The notes beneath the pieces were generated by a model, which saw only the letters and a program-made list of their open reading frames with translations, was not told where the DNA came from and did not search any database. Of a stretch of DNA of 64,000 nucleotides, positions 37,580 through 46,754 are shown in pieces (position 1 is the first letter of the stretch; each line of letters opens with the position of its first letter). The stretch is from positions 352,001-416,000 of the forward strand of contig CAVXGK010000002.1 in assembly GCA_963761305.1 (NCBI GenBank). The letters run 5' to 3'. Made by a program: the position numbers and the translations under genes. This stretch comes from an uncultured Gemmatimonadaceae bacterium. Lineage in GTDB: Bacteria; Gemmatimonadota; Gemmatimonadetes; Gemmatimonadales; Gemmatimonadaceae.

Positions 37580-39145
37580 ATGAAAACCGTAAGGGATCGA
37601 CCGCTCGTTCGCGTCGTGGAGATCCCGAAGTCCGTGCGGCGGATAGCGCGGTCCTTCGCGACGATCATGCTGGCTTGCGCTGCGCTCCCTCGCGGCGCGC
37701 GCGCGCAGGCGTTCGACCGTGAAGCCTGGCTTGCCGACTACACGATGCTCAAGCAGACCCTCGAGCGCCGCTACGCCAACCTCGCGTGGTTCGCCTCGCC
37801 GGAAGGGGGCGTCGACCTGCCAACCCTCGACCGTAGCACACTCGCGAAGCTCGGAGCCGCGACGACCGACGACGACGCTCGCGCCACGATCATCGCCTTC
37901 GTCCGCGCGTTTCATGACGGCCACTTCTCGCAAATCGGCGCGGACAACGCCAACGCGGCCGCCGAGGGAGGTAGACCGCCCCAGCGCGTCGCGGCGCCGG
38001 CGGCTCCGACCTTCTCGCGCGAGGACCCGGCGACAGGGTGCGCCGCGCTCGGCTTCGTCGCGTCGGACCCGCCGCAGTTCTCATTGCCCTTCGAGAACCT
38101 CGCGGGGTTCAAGTTGTACACGGATGGTATCAGCACGCCGTTCCGCGCCGGGGTGTTACAAGCGGGTGAGGGACACGCGCGAATCGGCATCGTCCGCATT
38201 CCGGCCTTTGAGGAGGAGGCGACCTTCGCCGCTTGCCTCGCCGCGTGGCCCCGCCCCGAGTTGTGGCGAACGGACCGCAACGGCACACTCGATCGCCCGC
38301 GGCTTCACGAGGCCGTCATTTCGAGCTGGTACGTCGCGATGGCCGGCATTCTCGAGCGATTCAATGCGGACAGCGTCGCCGCGGTCGCGGTCGACGTCGG
38401 CAACAACTCGGGGGGCGACGACTCGGGCGACATCATCGCGCGCCTCTTCACCACGAAACCGATTCGCTCGTCGACCATGCTCATCAGTCAGGACTCGGCG
38501 GCGGCATCGGCGTATTTCAAGGAAGAGATCGATGCCCTGACCGATGCGCAGCGGCGCGACCCGTCGTCAGCACTGGTGAAAGAGACAATGCGCGGGTTCG
38601 TCGCCTGGCGCGACAGCCTCGACGCGTCACGCTGTCCGCTGCAATGGGTGTGGACCGAGCGGCGAAGTTGGACGGGGAACGGTTGCAAGCGGCTCGTCCC
38701 CGTCGGCACGTCTGGTGGGCCGCTGGCATCTCTATCGCCTGGCACCGTGATCGACACCGTCGTTGCCCGTGAGTTGCACTGGCCCTCTCAGGTCGCACCG
38801 CTGTGGGGACGCTGGAGCGGGCCGCTCTACGTCGTGACCGACGGACGAACATACTCCTCCGCCGAGATGTTCACGGCGATCTTGCGGAACAACGAGGCGG
38901 CGAGAACGATCGGATCGCGAACAGGAGGCGACGGGTGCGGGTTCGTCGACAGCAATGGGCAGGTGGTGCTGACGAATTCGCGTTTGCGCTTCCGAGTACC
39001 GAACTGTGTGCGCTTGCGCGCGGACGGGACGGATGAGGTGGCAGGGGTAAGGCCGGACGTTCCGGTGTTTCCTGTGGCGGGAGAGAATGCGAGGGCGAGG
39101 GGGCTGCGGATGATGCAGGCGCTGACGGCGGACTTGCGGCCGTAG
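37580..39145 (+). CDS. S41 family peptidase-like secreted protein
   Basis: Signal peptide ending ARAQ; DGHF, DVGNNSGG, TYSSAEMF, GSRTGG, GVRPDV. Divergent from AraC. Confidence 0.75.
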   Translation: MKTVRDRPLVRVVEIPKSVRRIARSFATIMLACAALPRGARAQAFDREAWLADYTMLKQTLERRYANLAWFASPEGGVDLPTLDRSTLAKLGAATTDDDARATIIAFVRAFHDGHFSQIGADNANAAAEGGRPPQRVAAPAAPTFSREDPATGCAALGFVASDPPQFSLPFENLAGFKLYTDGISTPFRAGVLQAGEGHARIGIVRIPAFEEEATFAACLAAWPRPELWRTDRNGTLDRPRLHEAVISSWYVAMAGILERFNADSVAAVAVDVGNNSGGDDSGDIIARLFTTKPIRSSTMLISQDSAAASAYFKEEIDALTDAQRRDPSSALVKETMRGFVAWRDSLDASRCPLQWVWTERRSWTGNGCKRLVPVGTSGGPLASLSPGTVIDTVVARELHWPSQVAPLWGRWSGPLYVVTDGRTYSSAEMFTAILRNNEAARTIGSRTGGDGCGFVDSNGQVVLTNSRLRFRVPNCVRLRADGTDEVAGVRPDVPVFPVAGENARARGLRMMQALTADLRP

Positions 39146-39246
39146 GGTGATCCTGTTCCGGCACCCAAAATGGCACCCGTACTCATCCCGTTCCCTCCGT
39201 TAAGCCACCTCTCGTCCAGTCCCGTCTCCTCTTCTGTCCATAAAGG

Positions 39247-39765
39247 CTAGTACTCAACAGAGCTCAGAGGCGTCAAGACCAAGAAGACAAACATGAGCCC
39301 GGCCGGAATCAACATAAACACCAACCCGGCAATGAAAGGACCTGGGCCACGCTCTACAAACACTCCACCAACGTTCAGTACCTGGAGGATGATGGCGAGT
39401 GTTAGACAAACGAAATAGACGACCCTGACCCACTCGACAAGCGCTCCCCGGCGGCTGAGACTTGGCCTTCGAAGCAGGATGATCGTGCGAACAAAGTAAA
39501 ACGAGCAAAATGCAAATAGGGATGAACTCGCGATCATCCAGAGGACCTGATCTGGAATCCGAAGTAGCTCTTCCGTCAAGGGCAGAAAAGACAGCAGGCA
39601 TGCTCCGAGAGACAAAACGAGCATGTTGGTCGTACGGAACCGTTCTGCCGGTAACCACTTGCCGTCGGCGCGGCCGCTAAATGCGGCGACCACGCCGCTG
39701 AACCCCGAGATAGCAGTTGCTACGCTCCCGATTCCAAGAAGCGTCATGACGGCGTGTTCGTTCAT
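39247..39765 (-). CDS. Hypothetical membrane protein (about 5 TM), visibly lower GC
   Basis: GGAGAGG RBS; hydrophobic segments; AT-richer codons than the flanks. Confidence 0.65.
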   Translation of the reverse strand: MNEHAVMTLLGIGSVATAISGFSGVVAAFSGRADGKWLPAERFRTTNMLVLSLGACLLSFLPLTEELLRIPDQVLWMIASSSLFAFCSFYFVRTIILLRRPSLSRRGALVEWVRVVYFVCLTLAIILQVLNVGGVFVERGPGPFIAGLVFMLIPAGLMFVFLVLTPLSSVEY

Positions 39766-40132
39766 CGTGCGCCTCTCCAAGCGGTGACGAGCGCGCCGGC
39801 CACGATCGCTTGGGTGAAACGCCGGTCGTGCATCGACCGGCGAACGACTCGGGGACGTCGGGTTCGCACAGGAAGCTCCGCGTTGCGGGGGCGTCGAAAT
39901 GGGTCGAGCCGACGGCGAATATGGGAGTGCCCCGATGATCGCGCCACGCAGTTCGCGCGCCAACGCCTACGGTCGCAGCGTCGTCGATGACGGTCAGCGC
40001 GCACAATCGGTCCGCTCTGACCTGCAACGCGGCCACGCTGAACGGCAAGTATGCCTTCTACCGCACCGGGGCGGTGGCCCGCGGGTGTGTCATCGCCTTG
40101 CTCACGCGATCAAACGCAGCCAAACTCGCTGG

Positions 40133-40504
40133 ATGAGAAGACGCCTGACCATCGAATGGCTTGCCAAGCCTGAGCCGCACGATTACGCGGCGGCCGCGTC
40201 GTATTTGACTTTGATCATGGACGACCGGTCGGCGACCCAAGCGCTCGCGAAGCTCAAGCGCGCCAGGATGACGAAGTTCAAGGCGAAGGACATCTTCCGG
40301 GCGTCGTCACTGCAGTTGCTGCCGCTGAACAATTCCCACGTCAAGAAGGACGAGAGGAGAATTCTCGCGCGCGAGCACCTGTCGCCCATCCTCCTCGTCC
40401 GCGACACGAGCACCGGGAAAGTCGTCATCGCCGACGGGTACCATCGGATGTGCGCGGTCTACGCATTCGACGAGGACGCCAGCATTCCGTGTAAGATCGT
40501 GTGA
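40133..40504 (+). CDS. Small hypothetical protein with ParB/Srx-like motif
   Basis: LSPILLVR...VVIADGYHR matches the ParB/sulfiredoxin PIxV...IxDGxHR pattern. Confidence 0.65.
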   Translation: MRRRLTIEWLAKPEPHDYAAAASYLTLIMDDRSATQALAKLKRARMTKFKAKDIFRASSLQLLPLNNSHVKKDERRILAREHLSPILLVRDTSTGKVVIADGYHRMCAVYAFDEDASIPCKIV

Positions 40505-40742
40505 CGGGCGAGGCACGATTGTCACCGACCGAGAGACGGGTCGGCGGAAATCGTCGGATCTGCGACATTGCAGCGTTTGCCTTGCGTGGGCATCGTAGAC
40601 ACGAACCTTTCGTGGCTGCCAAGGGCATCAGGCTCGCAATATCAGCTCTTACCCGACCGACTGTCTCAGCGTGGCCTTGATGCCTCACTTGGATTCGGGG
40701 CTCTTGATCCGCGTCCGGCGCTGCCGACGCTTCTAGCCTGAC

Positions 40743-41261
40743 TCACCTCGGCTTGCCCGGATCAACGTGGCCGGCGGCATGGTGATCTGATCGCTGGAAC
40801 GCCATGAACTCGTGAATCGCCTTCAGCGCCTCGGGATCCGTCGTAGTAATGCGCAGTTCAGCGCCGCGCGGCAGGTTGTGTACTTCGTACGCGATCAACG
40901 AACGCTTCGCGGCCATCGTCTTCGTGCCGGGTACCATCTGCATGTGAACAAACGCGGGTGTCGAGAAGTCGCCCCGCTTGAAGGCGCTGGCAATTTCGGC
41001 AATGTGCGCGCGGATTGCCGCCACGCCAGCGCTGTCGTCTCGGTCTCTTTGCAGTTCGATCCGTCCACCGTCCGGATATGAGTCGAACTTGTGCACCGAG
41101 GTGTACTGATCGACACCCATGGCCTGCTTGCCGCGCGCCTGCATCGCGGCGTACGCGCTGTCGTGCGATGCGGGCTTTACCGGTTTCTCCCCGGTCGACT
41201 GAGCGAGCACGCAAACCGGGAAGCCGAGGACGCAACTGATCACGAGACGGAGCCGCCGCAT
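40743..41261 (-). CDS. Hypothetical secreted protein
   Basis: AGGAG RBS, signal peptide, His/Met-rich body (HKF, VHM, QRSDHH). Confidence 0.7.
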   Translation of the reverse strand: MRRLRLVISCVLGFPVCVLAQSTGEKPVKPASHDSAYAAMQARGKQAMGVDQYTSVHKFDSYPDGGRIELQRDRDDSAGVAAIRAHIAEIASAFKRGDFSTPAFVHMQMVPGTKTMAAKRSLIAYEVHNLPRGAELRITTTDPEALKAIHEFMAFQRSDHHAAGHVDPGKPR

Positions 41262-41374
41262 TGGGGTTCTCCTTGGATGGTCGTTACCGCGTCTCGATAT
41301 TTGAGGCGATCGCTCGCTCACGTCTGGAACCGCGGTTCCATTGGAACACGACACGCAGGACCATCCTGGGTTGC

Positions 41375-41881
41375 ATGGTCAATCCTGACGACTTGGGGCC
41401 GAGCTTTGCTCGATTGCCACCGGACGTGCGCAAGCGAATCGCTGCATCGGCGATTCCGTGCCGGTTTCGTCCGCGACAGGTCGTGTTCCGTGCAGGAGAC
41501 CTCGCCGATGGCCTGTACGTTGTGATCTCGGGGCGCGTCCGCGTGGCTCGCGAGACGGCACACCATGTCGAGATGCTGCATGCAGAGGCTGCCGGCGGGG
41601 TGCTCGGCGAGATTCCCGTCTTCGGTGGGGGACGCTTTCCCGCGACGGCCATCGCGACTGAGCCCACTCTGTGCGCGAAGCTGCCGATCGACGCCGTGGA
41701 GCGCCTCCTCCGCGAGCACTCCGATCGGCGAAAGCAATTCGGCGCATTGGTCGATCGCGATTCGCGGTCGTCGACCGGTCGTTGCTGCGCTCGATTGCGG
41801 GGATTAGTCAGAGCAACACCTGACATGCGGCGGAACCTGAACCCTCGTCTACCCGTTTCGCGTGTTCGCGACCTCCGCTGA
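41375..41881 (+). pseudogene. Truncated Crp/Fnr-type regulator (cNMP-binding domain only)
   Basis: VFRAGD, LYVVISGRVRV, LGEIPVF, PATAIA; similarity ends near 41725 with no dimerisation helix or HTH. Confidence 0.6.
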
Positions 41882-42144
41882 CGAAAGCGTGCGTCTTGAG
41901 CTCCAGCAACTCGGGCGCTTGATCAAATCGTGCTGCCCCGCGCATCCACCTCAGCGACGGCGTGGCCGGCGTGCTTCTCACGGCGCCGTAGCTACTCGAT
42001 TGTTTGTTGGCTGGCTGACCTAACCGTTGACCCCGCCGGCCGTGAGCAGACAGGCTGCGAGCCACGGAGCCGAAGGACCGACCATCCCCGAATCGCCGGA
42101 GCTCGAGGTCAGAATCAACGCCCGCGTGCCGATACTGTCGGCCA

Positions 42145-42378
42145 ATGACATGCGCCGCTTTGACTCTCTTCGAGACCACCGCCGAGGACCGTGCATGGCT
42201 CGCTGCCCGCATGGCGCTTCGGGCCTTCGGAGACGGGACCCTCGCCGCCGATTGGCTCGTCCACCCCAACGATCGGTTCTCGGGGAAGTCGCCCCTGATT
42301 GTGGCGAAAGAGAGCATGGTTGGGTGCGCGCGGGTCTGCCAAACACTCGACGGACTCGTTCCGCGCTGGACGGCATAG
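42145..42378 (+). CDS. Stand-alone Xre/MbcA/ParS antitoxin C-terminal-like domain
   Basis: AFGD...AADWLVHPN...GKSPL...G..RV...L pattern. Confidence 0.6.
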   Translation: MTCAALTLFETTAEDRAWLAARMALRAFGDGTLAADWLVHPNDRFSGKSPLIVAKESMVGCARVCQTLDGLVPRWTA

Positions 42379-42495
42379 TCGCAGCATCCCTGCCGCGATT
42401 GAAAATGGGGTAGAGCGGGAGCCGCGCCTGATATCTGGCCTGGTGCTTGCGGCTGCTTTCGCAGCTTGACCGCCGATTTTCCCACCCCCACACAG

Positions 42496-42804
42496 ATGGC
42501 CGAATGGCCCGCGACGGCCGCGCTCTACGCGGCCCTCAGGGACGTTACGCCTGAACTCCACAATATCTCCGGCCGGGATCGCACGCTGTTGCTGCGCGAC
42601 GCGGTGGGCGCCGCCGTGGACGAACTCCGCGCCACCGGTCGCACGTGCGAGCGCATCGTCCGAGTCGTCCGGTGCCTCATGACCGAGGCGGGGGTGGTGA
42701 CGGCGCATGTGCCCGAGGCGATCGACGAGATTGAGGCGTGGTGCGTGCAGCGATTTTACGCGCGGTCGCGCCCGGCCAGCGATGCGATCGACATGGCCGG
42801 CTGA
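42496..42804 (+). CDS. Uncharacterised ~100-aa helical protein, family copy 1
   Basis: WPAT...LLLRDAV..AVDELRA.GR.C...EAIDEIEAWCVQRFY; paralogous to 46064, 46339 and 46755. Confidence 0.7.
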   Translation: MAEWPATAALYAALRDVTPELHNISGRDRTLLLRDAVGAAVDELRATGRTCERIVRVVRCLMTEAGVVTAHVPEAIDEIEAWCVQRFYARSRPASDAIDMAG

Positions 42805-42854
42805 GGGGAACTCGCAGCTCCGTTCGCGGCCCAGGAAATGCTTGTCCCCGGTGC

Positions 42855-43214
42855 ATGCCTTTCGCGCGTACGAGCGACACTGCGATCCCCGCGGAACCGG
42901 TCCAGTTCATCGCTCCGCAGAGTGCTGTCGATGCCATCGACGTCGGGGCCATCATCCGCGAAGCAACGAACGATGGCGTCGCGCGATCGCAGATCGATGT
43001 ACGCCCATTCGGGACCCACGTCGGTTGGGCGCAGATCACGTGTCCCGCCGAGATGACGCTGCGCCTTGTGAATGCCTGGCGGGAAGCCGCCGGAGCAACG
43101 ACCGTCGACGAAAATGGTGAGGAGCGGCTCGCGGCTCTCCGGCGAGCCGCCGTCGCCGCATACCGGGCGTACGATGGCGTGCGTCACAAGCCGGTCGCGC
43201 GTCGTCGTCGGTAA
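42855..43214 (+). CDS. Hypothetical protein
   Basis: Open frame with plausible composition between family copy 1 and tetR; no motif recognised. Confidence 0.45.
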   Translation: MPFARTSDTAIPAEPVQFIAPQSAVDAIDVGAIIREATNDGVARSQIDVRPFGTHVGWAQITCPAEMTLRLVNAWREAAGATTVDENGEERLAALRRAAVAAYRAYDGVRHKPVARRRR

Positions 43215-43298
43215 ACCTTGAACGCAGCGCAGCTGCGGCTTCCGAGCAGACTCCTCATGGTCGAGCGCAGCTTCCAGGCGCATCGCAATGGGTGACGA

Positions 43299-43358
43299 CG
43301 AGCGCCTGTTGAACTACCGTTCAACAGGCGCTCGAGTACATTGAACACGCGCTCAATG
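43299..43358. promoter_or_regulatory. Tandem TetR/BetI-like operator palindromes
   Basis: Perfect 16-bp inverted repeat CGAGCGCCTGTTGAAC-TACC-GTTCAACAGGCGCTCG (43299-43334) and a second site CATTGAACACGCGCTCAATG (43339-43358); both contain TTGA-N8-TCAA. Confidence 0.65.
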
Positions 43359-43393
43359 AGTCCGGTGTCGTCTCGTCGCCAACCACCCGCGCC

Positions 43394-44002
43394 ATGCCCG
43401 GAACCAAAGTTGCCGTCGCCCTCCGCCGCGAGCAGATCACCACGGCGACCTATGAACTCGCCCTTCGCGGCGGCATTCGCGCCGTCACGGTTCGTAGCGT
43501 CGCGCGCCGAAGTGGGACGAGCGTCGGGCTCGTCATCTTCCATTTCGGGACGAAGGACCGCCTCCTGCTGGCGCTCCTCGAAACGGTGCTCGCAAAGACG
43601 ATGACGTTCTCCGTCGGCCCGGAGATCGTCGCCATCGCCGATCCACTCGACCAACTCATCGCCCTCCTCCGCCAGGAGATGGCCCGGTTGTCGGCGGAGC
43701 CGAAGCGGAACCGCCTCTTCTTCGAGTTCTGGAGCGCGGGGTTGTGGAACCGCGCGATCCGCGTCCGCATGCAGCGCGAGCTCGATCGCTACCGTGAGGC
43801 GTTCCGCCCGATGGCCGAATCGGTGATCAAAGCGGACCCCGATCGGTTCGGGCGGGTCGCGGCCGCTGACCTGGCCGCGGTCGCCGTGAGCTTCGTCAAG
43901 GGCTGCGCGGTGCAGTCGATGGTGGAACCGCACCTCGATACAGATGGGTTCCTGCACGCGGCGGAGTCGCTACTGGCCGCTCCGTCGCTGACACCGCGCT
44001 AG
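43394..44002 (+). CDS. TetR family regulator (BetI-like)
   Basis: RREQI...VTVRSVARRSGTSVGLVIFHFGTKDRLL HTH; FFEFWS C-terminal motif. Confidence 0.88.
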   Translation: MPGTKVAVALRREQITTATYELALRGGIRAVTVRSVARRSGTSVGLVIFHFGTKDRLLLALLETVLAKTMTFSVGPEIVAIADPLDQLIALLRQEMARLSAEPKRNRLFFEFWSAGLWNRAIRVRMQRELDRYREAFRPMAESVIKADPDRFGRVAAADLAAVAVSFVKGCAVQSMVEPHLDTDGFLHAAESLLAAPSLTPR

Positions 44003-44017
44003 TCGCTCGACCCCGCG

Positions 44018-45706
44018 ATGTTCGTCCCGAAGCTCTTCTCGACGCTCAAGGGCTACACGCGCGCGCAGTTCGGTCGGGATCTGGCCGCCGGTGTCATCGT
44101 TGGCATCGTCGCAATTCCGCTCGCCATCGCGTTTGCCATCGCGAGCGGCGTGACACCGGGTCGCGGCCTCTGGACGGCGATCGTCGCCGGCTTCCTCATC
44201 TCCGCGCTCGGCGGGTCGCGCGTGCAGATCGGCGGCCCAACGGGCGCGTTCGTGGTCATCGTCTACGGCATCGTCCAGAAGTACGGCGTCGACGGACTGA
44301 CGGTCGCGACGCTGATGGCTGGCGTGCTGCTCGTGATCATGGGCTTCGCGAAGCTCGGCAGCGCAATCAAGTTCATTCCTCATCCGGTGATCACCGGATT
44401 CACGAGCGGGATTGCCGTGATCATCTTCTCGAGCCAGGTGAAGGATCTCCTCGGCTTGCGAATGGGGTCCGTGCCCGCGGATTTCGTGTCGAAGTGGGGC
44501 GCGTTCGCCGCCAACGCGTCGAGCGTCACGCCGGCAGCCGTCGTCGTTGCTGTTGTGTCGCTCGTCATCCTCGTAGCATGGCCGCGGATCAGTCAGCGGG
44601 TCCCGGCGCCGTTCGTCGCCCTCGTCCTCGGGACCGTTGTCGCGCGCGCGGCGCATCTTCCGATCGAGACAATCGGCAGCCATTTCGGACCGATCGATCC
44701 GTCAATGCCGCACCCCCAACTCCCGCATTTGTCCGTCAGCGAGGTCACGGGACTCGTTGCCCCGGCCTTCACGATCGCGATGCTGGCGGCGATCGAGTCG
44801 CTGCTGTCGGCGGTGGTGGCGGACGGAATGATTGGCGGGAGGCATCGCTCGAACATGGAGCTCGTGGCACAGGGCATCGCGAACATTGCATCGCCGATGT
44901 TCGGCGGCATCCCGGCGACCGGCGCGATCGCGCGGACCGCAACCAACATCAAGAATGGTGGGCGAACTCCAATCGCCGGCATGACCCACGCGCTGACGCT
45001 GCTCTTGGTGACGCTCTTTTTTGGGCAGTATGCGGCGCAGATTCCGCTGGCGGTGCTCGCGGCAATTCTCGTCGTCGTCGCGTACCACATGAGCGAGTGG
45101 CGAACGTTTCGGGCCGAGCTGCGAATGCCGAAGAGCGACGTCGTCGTCCTGCTCGCGACGTTCGGCCTCACCGTGCTCGTCGATCTGACGGTGGCGATCG
45201 CCGTCGGGATGGTGCTCGCGGCATTCCTGTTCATCCGGCGCATGGCGAGCGTGACCAACGTCAGCATCGTATCGGCGGGCGTCGAGGACGATCTCTCGCT
45301 CGAACCGGCCGAAGCATGGCGGCGATCGATTCCGCCCGGAGTGAGCGTCTTCGAGATCATGGGCCCATTCTTCTTCGGGGCTGTCGAGACCTTTCGCGAG
45401 ACGCTCGACGGCATCGGGGAGCACCCGCGAGTGCTCGTCATCCGCATGCGCGACGTCCACGCGCTCGACTCGACTGGCATGCACGCGCTTCGGGACGTCG
45501 TGCGGCGGAGCCGGCGTGCGGGGGCAGAGGTCATCCTTGCGGACGTGCAACCGCAACCGCGTGCCGCCCTCGAGGCGGCGGGCGCCCTCGACGAGATCGG
45601 CGCGGCGAACATCACCCTGGACATCGACGATGCGCTGGCGCGCGTGTACGAGCTCGATTTGCGGGGCGCGCCACGCCCGGCGCAACCGTTCGAGAAGCGC
45701 CGCTGA
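44018..45706 (+). CDS. SulP/SLC26 family anion transporter with STAS domain
   Basis: PLAIAFAIASG, GGSRVQIGGPTGA, ESLLSA, TGAIART, GPFFFGA, LDSTG. Confidence 0.93.
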   Translation: MFVPKLFSTLKGYTRAQFGRDLAAGVIVGIVAIPLAIAFAIASGVTPGRGLWTAIVAGFLISALGGSRVQIGGPTGAFVVIVYGIVQKYGVDGLTVATLMAGVLLVIMGFAKLGSAIKFIPHPVITGFTSGIAVIIFSSQVKDLLGLRMGSVPADFVSKWGAFAANASSVTPAAVVVAVVSLVILVAWPRISQRVPAPFVALVLGTVVARAAHLPIETIGSHFGPIDPSMPHPQLPHLSVSEVTGLVAPAFTIAMLAAIESLLSAVVADGMIGGRHRSNMELVAQGIANIASPMFGGIPATGAIARTATNIKNGGRTPIAGMTHALTLLLVTLFFGQYAAQIPLAVLAAILVVVAYHMSEWRTFRAELRMPKSDVVVLLATFGLTVLVDLTVAIAVGMVLAAFLFIRRMASVTNVSIVSAGVEDDLSLEPAEAWRRSIPPGVSVFEIMGPFFFGAVETFRETLDGIGEHPRVLVIRMRDVHALDSTGMHALRDVVRRSRRAGAEVILADVQPQPRAALEAAGALDEIGAANITLDIDDALARVYELDLRGAPRPAQPFEKRR

Positions 45707-45784
45707 TTCTGGTGACCGACGACGACTTGTTTCAGCGAGTTCACGTCGACGCCCTCACCGCGGTGGTAATTCGACCCGCCGAAG

Positions 45785-46013
45785 TGGGATCTCACGGGGG
45801 CACCCAGGACTGGCGGGTGACTTTTTGGCCGGCCGGCACTTCACCGTCGGAGTTCCATTTGCCCGGCCAATCAACCCCGTCACCCACACCGACTGGGAGG
45901 GAACGGGCGTCGTCCCGGAGATCAGAGTCGCTGCGAGCGACGCTCTCGAAACCGCGAGGAAGCTCGCCGCCGACCGGCTTTCGGCGAAGCAGCCCGTCGG
46001 TGTGGCGCCCTAA
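45785..46013 (+). pseudogene. C-terminal fragment of an S41 (IRBP-like) peptidase
   Basis: HFTVGVPFARPINPVTHTDWEGTGVVPEIRVAASDAL, the typical S41 C-terminus, with no upstream body. Confidence 0.6.
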
Positions 46014-46063
46014 CGTGCGAACTCATACGGTCACCCCGTCAGGCGTGGCGAGCCCTGAGCGCC

Positions 46064-46267
46064 GTGGAGGTCCGAGACCGCGCGGTGGTCCTGCGCGACG
46101 TCGTGTGGGCGGCGGTGAACGAGCTCCGGACGCCGGGTCGGACGTGTGCGCGCGTCGTGACACTCATCAAACTCCTGGCAACCGAAGGGGGCTTGGACGA
46201 AGCGCACACCCCAAAGGTGATGGACGACATCGTTGCGTGGTGCGTTCAGCGATACTACGGTCCGTAG
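46064..46267 (+). CDS. Uncharacterised family copy 2 (N-terminally short, possibly a remnant)
   Basis: RDRAVVLRDVV.AAVNELR..GRTC...DDIVAWCVQRYY. Confidence 0.55.
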   Translation: MEVRDRAVVLRDVVWAAVNELRTPGRTCARVVTLIKLLATEGGLDEAHTPKVMDDIVAWCVQRYYGP

Positions 46268-46338
46268 TCGATCGGGCTGGCCCGATTGGAGTCGCCGCAT
46301 ATCCGGACCGGAATGAGATATGCGAACCGACGTACTCG

Positions 46339-46665
46339 ATGCCGAGTCGATACCCTGACGGCGTGTGGTCGCTCGCGACAGTGCTGGAAAGCCAACTCCG
46401 TGGGGTCGAGTGTCCACTGAGTCCGGCGAGACGTGCGGCCGTGCGTGAGTGCGTCTGCGAGTACGTGGACGCGACGAAGGCGCTGGGCTGGCCCCCTGAG
46501 CGCGTCATCGCGGCGGTGAAGCAGATCGCTGTCGACGCGGGACTCGCCCCCTCGTACTCCGTCACGTCCACCGCCGCACATCTCTCGGGCACGGACCGGT
46601 TGGCGGCCGACATCGTGGATTGGTCCATCGAGCGGTTCTACGACGGCACTGACGCGCCGAGATAG
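46339..46665 (+). CDS. Uncharacterised family copy 3 (divergent)
   Basis: AVRECVCEYVDATKALGWPPERVIAAVK..A..AG...DIVDWSIERFY. Confidence 0.65.
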   Translation: MPSRYPDGVWSLATVLESQLRGVECPLSPARRAAVRECVCEYVDATKALGWPPERVIAAVKQIAVDAGLAPSYSVTSTAAHLSGTDRLAADIVDWSIERFYDGTDAPR

Positions 46666-46754
46666 GCCGACCTCCCCAATCGCCTGATCGCACGGCGACT
46701 GGTGCGCGGCGTGCACTAGCGTCCGTCATAACCGTTCCTTGTCAACCACGCAAC

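Noticed and set aside
44494..46665. 723-aa + strand ORF as a single gene
   Set aside because: Mostly an alternative frame of sulP; only 46339-46665 looks like real protein.
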